This document shows, piece after piece, positions 48,601 through 62,500 of a stretch of DNA of 64,000 nt. Origin of the DNA: Stylophora pistillata (taxonomy: Eukaryota). Positions within the stretch are counted from its first letter, which is position 1. Each line of letters opens with the position of its first letter. Both the position numbers and the translations under genes were made by a program. A model generated the notes under the pieces. That model was given only the letters and a program-made list of their open reading frames with translations. It had not been told where the DNA came from and did no database searches. The stretch covers positions 647,274 through 711,273 of the forward strand of contig NW_019217844.1 of the NCBI RefSeq assembly GCF_002571385.2, written 5' to 3'.

Positions 48601-51600
48601 ACTTTCCAATGCTTCAACGAGAGGAAAAGGGTTGCTTTGAAGTGCCAATGATTCACTCCACCATGCTGATAGATTTAAGGAAGACTATAAGTGATCAGTT
48701 GAGATATAATCCCCCTTTATCAAGTTACCATGGAGAAGAGGACGACATTCTTGTGTTTGCACATTCTGCAAGGGAAGCAGGTTAGCAATGGTTTAAAAAT
48801 TAAATCTATTATTAATATGGTAATATTACCCTTCTGCCTCAAAGTATTACCAAGACTGTTTCTAAGAGCTGGCAGCCAGCCAGGTACCATTTCGCAGCCA
48901 GTACTAGTAAACATTAATATTACTAGTATGTTACACTTGTAGGGTACTTCCATCATCAATTTACATTGCAGGGTTTCCAGCATAAGTATTGAGCAAAGTA
49001 ACAGAGTAAATGTCCCCCACATCAGAATTAAAATTAGCTCAGGCTGTAAAAATTTTGCCAGAGAGAAACAAATACAGGCAATAGATGTTATGGGTCACTG
49101 TCTGAAAAGGAAAACCCTGGTTGTGTTTAAGAATGCGAAATACATAGGTTTTAAGTACAGTAGAAGCACATTAACTCAATCTTGGTTGACTTGAACCCCC
49201 AGCCAGTAACCTCAAACGAGATCTGATTTCCCTTGACCCCATTTTTCAGTCATCTGCTGTTGTTAACTTCAACCCCCCTTTTACTTAAACTATATATATA
49301 ATTTCCTTTGGGAGCTCTAGTTAGCAGGGTTCTACTGTAATTTTGTCTTTTCATGAGGGTGTTTTTATTTTTACAGGAATAAACTTGAACCTCTTAAATA
49401 AAGAGGTGTATGGGTATATGTTAAGCCCTGCAGATGCCAATAGCACCCTGGAAGACATGAAGGTTCATTTTACTCATGTAAAGCTTGAGTGGTTTGGTAA
49501 ATAATTTATATTTATATTCTAATAATAATAAGTATGGTTGATTTAACAGATCCACAGAGTGGCTTTTCCCTGTTAAATTACACTATTTGAAATTGAAAAT
49601 AAGTGACATTATGCAATCAAAAAGAAAAAATAATCCTAGAAAAGATTATGCAATACAATTAAAAGTAATAGCAGGACTAACAGGTTTGAAATTACAGAAA
49701 AATTATTTAATTGCTTTGTAATCTACTACATAAAAAGTCTTAAAAAGGTTCCATGATCTTAACAGTTTCTAATAAACTATGGTAAATAGTTTAACAGCTT
49801 TGATGCATTATCTTGGAAACAACCATTTTGATTGGGAACACTAATCGAATGGAGTTACTTGAGTGCAGTTCCTTAATACATTTCAGTTTTGATATTTTTA
49901 ACAAGTACCATTGCTTGCCATGTTGCTGAAGTATTTTGCAGGTTGATTGAAGAAGTGGGTCAGTGGGAGACACAAGTGATTACTCTTCCAGAGAAAAGTG
50001 TAAAAATTCTCATTTTATGATTCAGTTGATCATCCCGAGGAATTGATGCCTGTTAGTTCACATATTACTGTTCAATATCCCCCTCCTGGAAAGCTGGGTT
50101 TTGATGAGGTACATTATAAAACATTGTATGCATGTGGTTGTATGTATGTAACTATGTAGACCACTCCCCCAATGGGGCTTTTCAGGGTCAATACAAATAG
50201 ATGAATGTAAAAACATATTGTTTAAAAATCCCAACTGGCAGGATGCAGACTAGTTGGTTATATACAAAAGGAAACTAAAGAGTTTAACTTGGGGCAACTG
50301 AAAACAAATCCAATGAGTAGCAGGGTGGAGGGCTTGAATGAGGGACCACCAGATTACAAGTTCACTGTTCTAATCACTCAGCCACACTTAACAAATAAAA
50401 TGGAATCGTAAATGAATAAAGGGATGGGGGGGGCAGANNNNNNNNNNNNNNNNNNNNNNNNNNNNNNNNNNNNNNNNNNNNNNNNNNNNNNNNNNNNNNN
50501 NNNNNNNNNNNNNNNNNNNNNNNNNNNNNNNNNNNNNNNNNNNNNNNNNNNNNNNNNNNNNNNNNNNNNNNNNNNNNNNNNNNNNNNNNNNNNNNNNNNN
50601 NNNNNNNNNNNNNNNNNNNNNNNNNNNNNNNNNNNNNNNNNNNNNNNNNNNNNNNNNNNNNNNNNNNNNNNNNNNNNNNNNNNNNNNNNNNNNNNNNNNN
50701 NNNNNNNNNNNNNNNNNNNNNNNNNNNNNNNNNNNNNNNNNNNNNNNNNNNNNNNNNNNNNNNNNNNNNNNNNNNNNNNNNNNNNNNNNNNNNNNNNNNN
50801 NNNNNNNNNNNNNNNNNNNNNNNNNNNNNNNNNNNNNNNNNNNNNNNNNNNNNNNNNNNNNNNNNNNNNNNNNNNNNNNNNNNNNNNNNNNNNNNNNNNN
50901 NNNNNNNNNNNNNNNNNNNNNNNNNNNNNNNNNNNNNNNNNNNNNNNNNNNNNNNNNNNNNNNNNNNNNNNNNNNNNNNNNNNNNNNNNNNNNNNNNNNN
51001 NNNNNNNNNNNNNNNNNNNNNNNNNNNNNNNNNNNNNNNNNNNNNNNNNNNNNNNNNNNNNNNNNNNNNNNNNNNNNNNNNNNNNNNNNNNNNNNNNNNN
51101 NNNNNNNNNNNNNNNNNNNNNNNNNNNNNNNNNNNNNNNNNNNNNNNNNNNNNNNNNNNNNNNNNNNNNNNNNNNNNNNNNNNNNNNNNNNNNNNNNNNN
51201 NNNNNNNNNNNNNNNNNNNNNNNNNNNNNNNNNNNNNNNNNNNNNNNNNNNNNNNNNNNNNNNNNNNNNNNNNNNNNNNNNNNNNNNNNNNNNNNNNNNN
51301 NNNNNTCAATTTAATAAGTGGATTAATTTTTTTCCAGGTCAAAATGTCACTATAAGAACTCCAGAGTGGTGTAAACAATTATAATTAAGGAAATTGTGTG
51401 GCCTTGGGTTTGGAGAGAGTTAAAAATTCTACACTTTATTTTTAAACAGATTATAGTACAAATTACCTAGTTATGGACCACAGACTGGATGAATAAATGG
51501 CCTAAATTTCTCACCATCTCATTAATTGTGATAAAGAACGTGTCCATAGAGCTTCTGCCTACAATTTGTTTTCTTTCAACTGTTCAGTGGCAAAGGATGT

Positions 51601-54600
51601 CCCCAAGGTTGTGGACAATTTGAGAAAGTGTATTTATTTAGTTTGTTAGCTTCGCCGACAGGCAGGGACCTTGCAATAGCTTGCGCCAATTACTGCGGGC
51701 CCTAGTATACCCACCCATCCCACCCCAGGGGAGGATGTCCACCACACAGTGATCTCGTGCGTGGGAAATTTACGTCTTCTACCCCAACCTGGACCTACGG
51801 TTCATTCGTCCTTATCAGAGAAGATTAGAATGTCTAGCCACTTCTTGATATTATAGAAAGGTAGCACATTCTCCTCAGTAATTTTAAGACCTTGAGTGTT
51901 GGTCCGGCCACTCAACAGTCCAGCGCTCTATCCATTGAGCTAACTGGGAGGCGGTAAAAACTTTTGTTCGTTTATTTGTTTTTGTCTTTGTTGTCATCAT
52001 CACTTTTTCTTCCATTTTGACAGGTTATTAACTGACCAGCAGGTTAAAGACATGGGAATTAAGATGTTACCAGGTTACAAAGATCCGTATGGTAAAAGGT
52101 AAATCGGTGCAACCTTATTAACTTCAGTTCTCTGTAACTCAGCTGAAATCAAACGAAAAATGATTTGTCATCAGTTGATAATGTTTTCCTATTTTTACCG
52201 TTTTCCTATCAGTAATTAAACATGTGAAAAGTTGCTCCTTGTCGGAAAAAAAAAAAAACAAACAAACTTACGCACATAGAAACTTTCTCCATGTCCATTT
52301 GTTGACTTCGTGGCGGATAGTCCAGCGATGAGTGTCATTGCGAGGCTCTCATTCACGATGTATTAGTACGAGGCCGTCGATCTCCTGATCACAATCTGCC
52401 TTTGTTGCGCATGCTCAGCGGCGAACGCTTTACAATTTAGGCGAAGGGTTCATGTTTGTTGCTCGTTATGTATACTATTATAATCAGCAGTAAAAAAAGT
52501 GTGTTGTGTGGTGAAAGGGGAGGAAGATGGTACATCGCCAACCAAACTGCCACAGTAGTGTTCATGAGTTTGAGGTGGAAGAATTATTATTTCACCCTTG
52601 GGGAGAGAGGAAGTTTCCGCCCAAGGCCCGTTAATATGCTTCGAGGTCTCTAATCATTGCAAGTCTTCAGTTCGTTCATTCCCACCAGTTCGACATAAGT
52701 AGAGACAAGGGGAATCCTGATTAACCTCCTCTGTCACCTTATTTTTCTCTTGGTATGATCGTTACAATCATTAACATTTACTTTTCATGCGGCGATTATT
52801 TTTGTCCCTTAGGCCGCTAACCATGGGAGAAATCGGATGCTTCTTGAGTCATTACCTAATTTGGGAGGAGGTAGGTAGCGCCCCAAAAGTGTAACCGCCC
52901 CGAAACCCTTCCTTCTTCTTTCGCTCAGCGCTACTTTCGTGGCCTGGTTTCTCACTAGAACAGCATAGATTCGATCCAGACTGAGCAAGAATATGGATAA
53001 GGACAAAGTTTATAGTAAATTTAACCGTTTTATTTTTGGAAAGAGACGTTCTTTTTTTCGTTTCTTCTCGAGACTGGGACAAAGAAAAAAATTTCGAGTC
53101 CCACCGTGGAACCGAACCTCAGATTCTTGGATTCTGCGCACCGATGCTCTACCATAGTGCTAAAGAGAATTCATGATCACAAGAAAGATAGTTGATTTGA
53201 GCTCGATAGTGAAGTAGAGAATTCTGCGCACCGATGCTCTACCACAGTGCTAAAGAGAATTCTATCATGATGACAAGAAAGATAGTTGATTTGAGCTCGA
53301 TACTGAGTGAAGTAAAGAATTCTGTGCGCCGATGCTTTACCACAGTGCTAAAGAGAATTCTATGATAACAAGAAAGATAGTTGATTTGAGCTCGATAGTG
53401 AAGTAAAGAAAGTTGTCTTTCTTTTTCTCTTGTCGCGAGTGTGCCATGAAATTAATATGTTTGACCTTGGGGCACTTTTGTTTATCCAATGTTAGTCTTA
53501 ATTTTTATTAACCTTTAACAGGATAAAGAATCGTTTAATTCTGTCTGCATTAAGTCTCTAGATTAACGAAATCATACGAAATCGATTTGCGATTGAATGA
53601 AGTCTTTTTATAGGATTACACAATTACTGGTGAACCAGTAGTTTCCATTGTGGTCCTTGCAAACAAATGAAACAAATGGTCTAAATTGAACATAACATCA
53701 TTAAGAATCCCAACCGGCCGAAGGCAAACCAGTTGGCTATTTACAAGCGTGGCCAAGGATCTTATCTCGGGGCTACCGTAAAACAGATCCAGTGGTCAGG
53801 GTGGGACTCGAACCCGGGAGCGGCGGATTACAAGTCCGACACTCTAACCACTCTAACCACTCGGCCACACGGCCACACTGCCACACTGCCACACTGCCAC
53901 ACTGCCACACTGCCTCCTCATATAAAATAATTCGTACCGTATTATAAAAAACCTCGTTGGACTCAAATCCGTACTATTACTGTTGCTACCTTCGTTTCTC
54001 TGGTGACAACTTTCGTTCGTTCTTCTTTCGTCAGTCTCATCTGAAGACTACCGCTAATCGGTTGTAATTTCATTTTTCCCCATCCTTTTTAATCCTTAGA
54101 TGATCAATAATGGTTTGGATAAAGTGTTGGTGTTAGAAGATGATGTCCGATTTGAACCCGATTTTCGGAATCAGCTTCAAGATCTACTCCAAGAGGCAAA
54201 CGCCCTGTCGAGCGAGTACCCCTGGGAACTAATGTGAGTTTAGACTTTCCGAGTGTTTTAACTAAGTTATTTTCCTCCCGGAAGGAAGCGGGGGATGGTG
54301 GGTCTCACTTGGGTGTTACTAGTCCTTCACAGTGGTCAATAACACAAGCTCAGTAACTCAAGGGCCTTAGCTGACTCAGCAAAGCTGACGGTTCGAACGC
54401 CTTCTTTGGGTCATTTGTTAATTATGTTGCCTTGTCTCTCCCAGTTATATAGGGCGCAAGAGATTCCACAGTAATGCTGTTACAATGGTTCCAGGAGCCT
54501 CGGCACTAGCTTGGGCTGAATATACTTATTGGACGTTGGGGTATGCCATTTCATTACGAGGCGCCCGCAAACTTGTGTCTGCGAAACCGCTGGAGAAAAT

Positions 54601-55295
54601 GGTCGCCGTGGACGAGTTTTTACCTATTATGTTTAACAAGCATTTAAAGTAAGTACGATAATATAGGCGCTAATTCTGGGTGTAAAGTGGACAATCCATT
54701 CTTGTAATATATCATTGTCATCATGGCCTCCCCTCTCAACCCGAGATATCGGATATTTTCGGTAGAAAGGTCATTAAATAAAACATTTTCAGAGGCAGAC
54801 CAACTTGATGATGAGAATCTTACAACTTGATTTTCGGTCGGAATATTAGTAATTACAATCTTAAATTATTTTTAGGAAAACGACGTGATTTACACGTACG
54901 GGATTATACCTGGTGAGAAAGAAATCTAGACCCTACCCTCTCAGGGGAGGGTCTAGATTTTTCAGGGACCTTCTGGCAAATAATGGATTCTTAAAGAGAG
55001 TAGGCTTCAAAAATAACATTTGCTATTTCATCCGTTGTTGTTTCCTCTCGCCCTATTTGTATTCTTTCGTCTCTTTTTAAATTTTATCTATTTTTTCTTC
55101 TATTTCTGTTGCAGATCGGAGTGGGCCAATCACTTTTATCCCCGTAACCTTGTTGCCATGACAGCAGAGCCCTTACTTCTGTACCCAACTCATTACGTGG
55201 GAGATGAAGGGTACTTCAGCGACACTGAAACCACCGGCTTGATTCCGCCAGAACTACAACAAACCGACACGCTTAAAGGAAAACTTGAACTTTGA
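45633..55295 (+). CDS. COLGALT1: Procollagen galactosyltransferase (GT25 family); visible exons 45633-45862, 47021-47249, 48576-48780, 49377-49496, 50026-50108, 52024-52098, 52813-52870, 54100-54233, 54445-54648, 55115-55295; two exons fall in N gaps
   Basis: [132 protein letters not shown]; C-terminal KLEL. Confidence 0.93.
46715..46839. mobile_element. Short hairpin MITE (~125 bp)
   Basis: AAGAGTACCATATAACCCCATACATTAATTATGCATTC / GAATGCATAATTAATGTATGGGGTTATGTGGTACTCTT; second copy at 63455-63578. Confidence 0.85.
47285..47574. other. Assembly gap (N), probably hides a COLGALT exon
   Basis: N run; the expected segment between DYLF and GYY is absent from the visible sequence. Confidence 0.95.
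49156..49339. mobile_element. Tc1/mariner-pogo-type MITE
   Basis: TA-CAGTAGAA...TTCTACTG-TA termini. Confidence 0.7.
50160..50392 (-). mobile_element. Decayed tRNA-derived SINE (same family as 53690-53917)
   Basis: AATCCCAACTGGCAGGATGCAGACTAGTTGG...GATTACAAG...CTAATCACTCAGCCACACT matches the 53705-53870 copy. Confidence 0.6.
50438..51305. other. Assembly gap (N), probably hides a COLGALT exon
   Basis: N run; the expected INL..R.DRR..M...AVDG segment is absent from the visible sequence. Confidence 0.95.
51630..51955 (-). mobile_element. tRNA-derived SINE (family 2), B box deleted
   Basis: Near-identical to 30230-30512 (CCCACCCATCCCACCCCAGGGGAGGA...GCGCTCTATCCATTGAGCTAAC). Confidence 0.85.
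53131..53410. repeat. ~90-97 bp tandem repeat x3 derived from a SINE head
   Basis: ATTCTGCGCACCGATGCTCTACCA...AAGAAAGATAGTTGATTTGAGCTCGATA...GAAGTA x3. Confidence 0.9.
53690..53917 (-). mobile_element. tRNA-derived SINE with tandemly expanded 5' end (CCACACTG)n
   Basis: GGGACTCGAACCC (reverse B box), CTAACCACT duplicated, GCCACACT repeated ~5 times. Confidence 0.75.
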
Positions 55296-56556
55296 TATTA
55301 ACTTTAAACGAACGTATTCCGTTAAAATTTACCCCAAGAAATGAAGAGAAAGCGATACGTAGCATACTTTCAAGTATTGTTTTTAAGCAAGGGTCACATG
55401 TTCACGTCTAAGTTACGTTCGACGAGTAGAGCTAAGCGTTCTGATGCCTTACGGTCGAAATTAATTCACTGCCGTTAAGCAATGTTGCGATTTTCAACTC
55501 AGCGTTGCATACTAAAAACGATCGTCGCTTTCGCCTATAGTGTTGCATTCAATTAGTTATTAAGTGACGCAATTCGCGTATCACATTTCACACTTTGTTA
55601 TGAAGTTCAAGAGGAATATCAATACTTACATTATATATAAGGATTATTGAAAGAAATTCGAAATTTTATAGCTATTTTTCATGCCCCAAATCGAGCCCTT
55701 ATCATAGTTTGCAGTGTTTGCGGCGCAGAACAGATTAAATATTTACGTCAAAAATTGTGAAAATTTTAAAATGCTTTATTTTGCGAGTGAAAATTTATGG
55801 AGAGAATTTTTCAATAAATAATTGGATGAAAGTATCTCAGTTGTCACAAGTGAAAACTCTCTTCTTAGTATTGGTTCTCAAGAGTAGCAGCACTGACGAG
55901 ATTGAAGTTTTATAGTTCTTGTCCCCACCCACTGACCCCAGTTTGTGCCGCGTGTTGAGAAGTTGAGGGACCCGTCATTGAGGAGGATGAGGGTGGGGGA
56001 GGGTGGAGGGCTTTTGGTGGTTTCACAATAACATTTACGTGATTTCCCTATATGGTTTGTGATATTCATATGATCACCCCTCATTGGCAGTTATTGGCAG
56101 TCAATTTTCTATGGTCTCCCCCCCCTTTATACTCTGTATACCCCCCTCCGTTCCCCCCGAAACCATGTGATCCCTTCCTGACGATTAATGATGACTGGTG
56201 AAAACGTTTAATTTAAAGAAAAAGTTTGCCAGCCCATTGGACAAATAGAAAGACAGATTGACACAAAGACAGAGTGAAGAAGACACAAACGTATGGACAA
56301 ACAAATGGATCAACAAAGATAGACGTCAAGCCACACAGTCACAATGATGTGTAAGAAACTGGATTATACAGGTCATTTAAGACGTGGGTGGGGCCAGGAG
56401 GGAAAAGATGAGGGTCTTGTTTGTGACCTTAACACAAACCCTGTAAAACTAGAGTCTTACTCTAGCACACGTCTCTAGGAGAGTTGATAGGAAGGTCGCA
56501 ACAAGAAAACTAAAATTTTGTTCAAAAGAAATGAAGACAAGCTAAGGATCTTAATG

Positions 56557-59500
56557 CTATAGATGATGGCTTTCTGTGAAGTTTCTTTTGAACTCTTCAA
56601 AGTTATCCTCTTTGATTGATAAATGAATGCCCGTGAAAAACTGGCAATATTCGTGCAAATTATGTCTGAAATAAAAAGAAAAAAAAAATAGTAAATTTAA
56701 ATAATCTTGTAGATAATTCTCCATTTACAAGTCACTGTAATGGATTACAGATACATAATCTGTGACAATCTGTTTCCAATGACTTTGGATACAAGGTTGT
56801 GGGAAATGTTGGGCAAAAGTGCTGCTGTTTCTCCTAGATGGAATGCAAGTCCATTAAGGTTTACTCCATAGCCCTCCTCCCAATGATTTTGACTGGGTTC
56901 CTTGACAGTTTTCTGATCTTGACCAGGGCTTAAACCAAGACCCTTTGATCTGGAGTGTTGCTGGGAAGTTTTTAATGCAGTGTCCCCAACACCCATTAAT
57001 GAAATGTTCCATGCACTGTTCAATGACTCTAATTTTAGAGTTATGCCTACCTATTTCTCCCATTTCCCTTATTTTTTTCTTACTAGTAGTACCTACTGAA
57101 AGAGAATTTACATATTATGTTATAGCCCAGTCTGTCACATGGACAGTAGCAAGGAAACACAATGATGAAGTACTTACATCATGAGAAGAACTTTAGAAAG
57201 CATCTCTTTGGTGACAAGCAGATGATGAACATATGCCCGTGTATGATTCGTACAGCAGTAACATGTACAGCCACTAACAAGAGGAGTGAAGTCTGAGCTA
57301 TACCTTAATGAATGAATGAATAAATAACTGTATCATTGAATATCCACACCAGAGTTTTTCCATGTTTTGAGGTTGATAATTTTTATTTTTGTATGTTAAT
57401 TTATTGCATTTGTATTTTTAGAGGACCTTACTAAAAACCCCCTTTTAATAACTGGAGGGCACTCTGTGGTATAATATCATAATTAACAATATTAACATTA
57501 TCAATATCATCATCACCATTATCATTATCAATATCATTATCAATACCATTATTATTATCATTACTATTATCAATAAAAATAATGCACAAATTAAAGAAAT
57601 GAATAGAAAGAAAAACGTTGAAAAAATGAACTAAATCATCAGTCTCTGGGAGGCAAAGTCACACCTTAAATTCTTTCAATTACAAAAGACAGTCTTACCT
57701 TACATGATTGAGATTTATTTCATACATTGTTTCACCACCATCTAGTTCTTTTTCATGTGAACTTTTTTGTTCTCCTTCTATTCTCTCTGAAGTTGAGGGT
57801 GAATAGGTGAGCTCTGGTTTGAACCTTTTTCTGCTCCACTTAATATCCAAAGCACATCCTCTCTCTGCTACTTGACAAGGATAGGTGTGATAATTAAGGG
57901 CAAAATATTCAATCAAATACTAACATCTGTTTTTCTTACTCCCACAAACTATGGGGTCTTGTGACAACTTGGGAAGTCTCAAATGAAAAGTAAGTCATTT
58001 GCTTATTCTCCCATTCTGTGCACCCAAACACAGGTGGTGATAATGTAACAAAAACTTACCAATGAAAGAAAAAAAGGCAGACAAAAACAAAAAGAAAAAA
58101 GACAAACTAATGCTACATGTATTACAGTCACTGATAATAGGGCTGACACCTGCCAAGTGGGGTAGGCGAGAACATGTAGGTCTGCATACCAGATTAACTT
58201 GCATGGCTCTCTTAGCTTTAAAAAGCTTTTGAATCAGGTTCCCCTGACCCTACTGGGTTCAAAAGTAGCTTGCAGACCACTTGAGTTGCCACTTGAGTGG
58301 GCATAGGGTACAAATGAGCCACTTGTGTGACGTGACCTTGGGAGCGAAAATTCATGAAATAAAATTAAGCACAGCCAATAATAAAAATAATGCTTTCTCT
58401 GCGGGTTTCTCCTGTGAAAATATAGCATTTTGCTTGTGAACACATCATGTAGTATCCCAAGCCAGGACTAGAACCTAAAATGGAATTCTTTATCCAGATC
58501 TTGCCATCTATCACTTGGCCCTTGCTTCCCCTATAAACCTAATATACATGCTCCATTAAAGAATAATAAAGATGGAGGCTGCAGACAGAAGCATTGTTCT
58601 TTGTTCTTTCCTGAGGAAAGTAAAGGATATCATGAATCAAAGATATCAACTCCACATTCCACGGCCAACACTACCTCTTCTGAAAAAGGGCAAGAAAGAG
58701 AAGAGGAAGAAAAAAAGCACGACATGCAGTCATAGTTTCTTTACCCTAACAGTACTTTTCTAACAAAACAGATGTGTGGTGGATTTGAACTTTTACACCC
58801 TAACATCAGTATGAATATTCTCCATACTGTTCTCTAATAAACACTTCCTAAGGTGCTCAGAAGGACAATTTGTTTAACAATCAAGTGAGAGCTTCTTTAG
58901 TTGGTGATCATTTCCTCTATTCTTGTGATGTACATGTGTAATTTGGGGGTGATATTGTTAGGAGAAGTTAGGTTCCTATCACTCTTTGGGGTCAAGGTGT
59001 TAATTAACATGTAGATAGGGGGTAGGTTTCTAAAGAAACTGTGGTGGTGTGTCAGTGGGGTAACAAGGTAATTTGGTTATATCAACTATTAAGTAGAAAT
59101 TGTAAATTGGGCACCATAAAGAGTTAAAAAGCTGATGTTTAGAGCATTAGCCCTTCATCAGAGTGAATCACAATTTACAATTTCAACTCAGTTGATATTA
59201 CCAAATTACCATATTAACATTGACTCAGAACCAAAGCACTTAGTATCTGTTGTTTAAAAGAGTGATTCAGAAAAATTCAAGGAAATTTTATGAAATATTT
59301 CACAGTATATAAGGTTAAACTTTAATTTCCAGACTTGACTGACATGCGCTTTCACCTGACAATCAAAGATCTCAGTGCACAATGTATGCGCATATACAAC
59401 AGGTTATCAGTGCAGGTTAACCATATATACTGTGAAATATTTAATAAAATTTCCCTGAATTTTTCTGAACGAACTTTCAGGAAAGTGTTATCATAGAAAC

Positions 59501-62500
59501 ACCAACCAAAATCCCTGAGTGAATTAAAGATGGGACGCACAGCAGTTACTTTTGCCTAATTGTTATCTTGCACAAGTTGAATTTTTTTTCACAAATCACG
59601 ATAAATCTGAGAGTCCCATGTTATAGAAGAAAGAAGTTATCACAAGGTGCTTATGATTACAAATAATATCACCTAAGGCTTTGTTTTATAAAAAGCAGAA
59701 AGAAAATCAATAATTCCCACCTGGAGATCCAACACCATGAATCAGTCGGGGCTTATCATCAGGTAAAAATTCCTAAATATGAACACAAAACTGACATCAG
59801 GCAACATCAGTACTCTGAACTAACATACTCTCGTGCTGTAAGTTGCAAACAAAGTAAAAACTCATCTGTTGTTAGTTCAGGATCTTAACTTAAACCAAGC
59901 ACCCAACCCGCAAACATTAGGACTTATGTGACAAATAAACTTAATAAAAAAAAATTCACTTTTGTCCTTAGATAATGAAAAACAATGCCTGAAAATAATT
60001 ATCAAGACTGTCAGTAATAATTGTTGCAATTATGAACAAGTACTGACCAAAGTCTTCTTCAACAAAGCACACCAATTACACACACTAGAACTGAATCCCT
60101 CAAGAACAAAACCTGCAAAGAGAGACAAACCATCATCTCCTGAGTTGAATAATTTGTTGACTGAGTGTAGCTGGCCTAGGAATATGGTCTTTAAAGTTTC
60201 TTTCCACAGTTGGAAGACTACATGTTCCATAACACAAAAGATTATTTTACAAATAATTAGTTCTATGGATGACAACATTTTTTTTTCAACCTTGCAAATA
60301 ATCTTCCATTTAGTGTGACTCCTTCTGAGCTGGACCCAGGATTTGGTGAATGGGGGGTTCAAATAAATGTTTGCCGAAGGCAGACTATCCTAGAATGTCA
60401 GGGCACATGCTCTTCTCTGAACATGTCGAAATTTAGGTTTTTTAAAAGGGATAGAATTAATGAAGACTGTTTCGTGCCTTTGGGACAATCTCTGATTTTC
60501 CCTATTTTAAACATCCATTATGTCCACCAATTATAAGTTTTTTGCCAGAAAGTGCAGGTGCTTTTAAACATCTTCATTTAAAGGTTTGACTGAGCTATTC
60601 AAATCACCTTTGGGTCTGCCCCAGTCCTTTTCTGTACAACTAAGTGACTCACTAAAATGAATACCAACAAAGGCATCAAAAAAAGTTAGCCTACTGGTAA
60701 ATTTGACTCTTCAAATATATGGAAGCATGGAAATTTTCCTGGTTTCAGTTTTTTTTCAGATTTTGCAGATAGTGGTACTTCTCAATTTGGAAAATTAAGG
60801 TCCTTCAGAAAATAAATCCTTTATAACAAATCAGCACCAAAATTTACTTCCTTCAGTTTAATTAAGAACATGGCATTTGAATCAACCTTCCATCTACATT
60901 CAGTACTGTCAGTATGAATCAAAATGGCCAGCAACAGTATCTTTTTTATACCTGCAACTGGTCTCTTTGATGTTTCTTTTGCAGATCGTATTCTTTGTGT
61001 CTCTGAGCTTGATCCTTCGATTACTCCTACTAAATTGCATGATATCAAGCTCTGCATGAAATAAAAAATTATATTGTAAAAGAGCCGAAAAATAATCTCT
61101 GTTTTGTTCATAACTTAAAAGAAGGTACAGGATGAAAAGACAAAGCCATAGAAAAGGAAAATGCAGAGAATTAACCAACCTTACTTTTTGCCTTTTCCTC
61201 AATACATTGGTCAAGAAATTTTAATGTCCGATCAACAGATTTATGAATTCTCTTTTCGGTCTGTCCTGATGCAGGAATTGTATCACAAAGACATTCAGCC
61301 ATGTCAGGTTTGAATGATTCAAGCACTGCTTTGAACTGATTCACATCCACCTGGAAATCATCACAAAAAGATGCTGTAAGTTATACAATGTACATATAAT
61401 GGAACACACATTTTCAAGTAAATTTCTGGGATAACCATAACACTTACTTGTCTTGTAAGTTGATGGAAATCTTCTACTTAAAAGCATCACAAGGTTTTCA
61501 ACTTTCAAATTTACTTTATTTAGCACTCAAGTTTTAGTTACAATATTAGCATAAAAAAACAGGAAAGGATACACATGTAAAAATTTAAAGGTAACAGTGT
61601 TCCCTAGTTCTCGCATGGAGGCTAAGAAAACCACGAGGTCATCGAGTGAGCCTCCATCTCTTATGGATTCACATAGAAGAAACTGGGAGTAGAGGGACAT
61701 ATTACTAACACCTTCATATATTTCAGGACAATATCTTCAATAGGGGGTTGAAATGAATTCTTTTTTGTTCATCTGCTCAAATCAAGTTTTTCCAAATGCC
61801 CTAAGTAGCATGATGTTGTACCAGATCTCCAGAAAAAAACTATTTACAACTATGCCATGAGTGTAAATGGTAATTAGCTAACACTGGTGTGTATTGAAGG
61901 AAAGCAGTTCGTTGGGTGTAGCATGAATGGAAAAATTTTCATGGTTCACCAACATTTGCATTTTACAGAAGCTGTTTCAAGTCTGCCAGGTGCATCTCCA
62001 CATCAAAATCAACTTGTCCTTATAAACTCTAAAAAATCAGCTAAATGTGTCTTGAGCTGGAAGAAATGCCTTAAAAGATGCAAGAATGTTGATATTTAGG
62101 AAAGCCCAATTGGAAAATGTCCTCCTAACATTGAACAACATTCAGTAACTGAATATAAGAGGGGCAAAAGGCAAGAGGTGTGACCAGTTTGGCCTGTTAC
62201 CCTCTTCTTAACTTACATTCAATCATTTATCTGGTATTCCTGGATTTATGATATTTATCTTTGGGTTGCCTAACTTTTACTTTTTTCAAAACCTTAACAG
62301 TTGATGATGTGCTTCACTGTATTCACAACTTCTGAATTGATTACATTTGATTAAGCACCTTTTTGCGGCCACCTGGTGTCCATACAGACACAGACTTCTC
62401 TTCATTGTAGCCTTCACGTATTTCTTGACCAGGATCTTGAATTGATAAGTATGTAATGAATCCCTATCATAAAAATTAAAAAATGTCACTGATACATGTG

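Noticed and set aside
47268-51378. Long X-filled ORFs
   Set aside because: Artefacts of N gaps.
45633-55295. Functional link between COLGALT and the adjacent secreted cluster
   Set aside because: COLGALT acts on hydroxylysine in Gly-X-Y collagen repeats, and none of the five cluster proteins has such repeats; adjacency alone is not evidence.
57480-57575. (ATC/ATT)n tract
   Set aside because: Ordinary degenerate intronic microsatellite.
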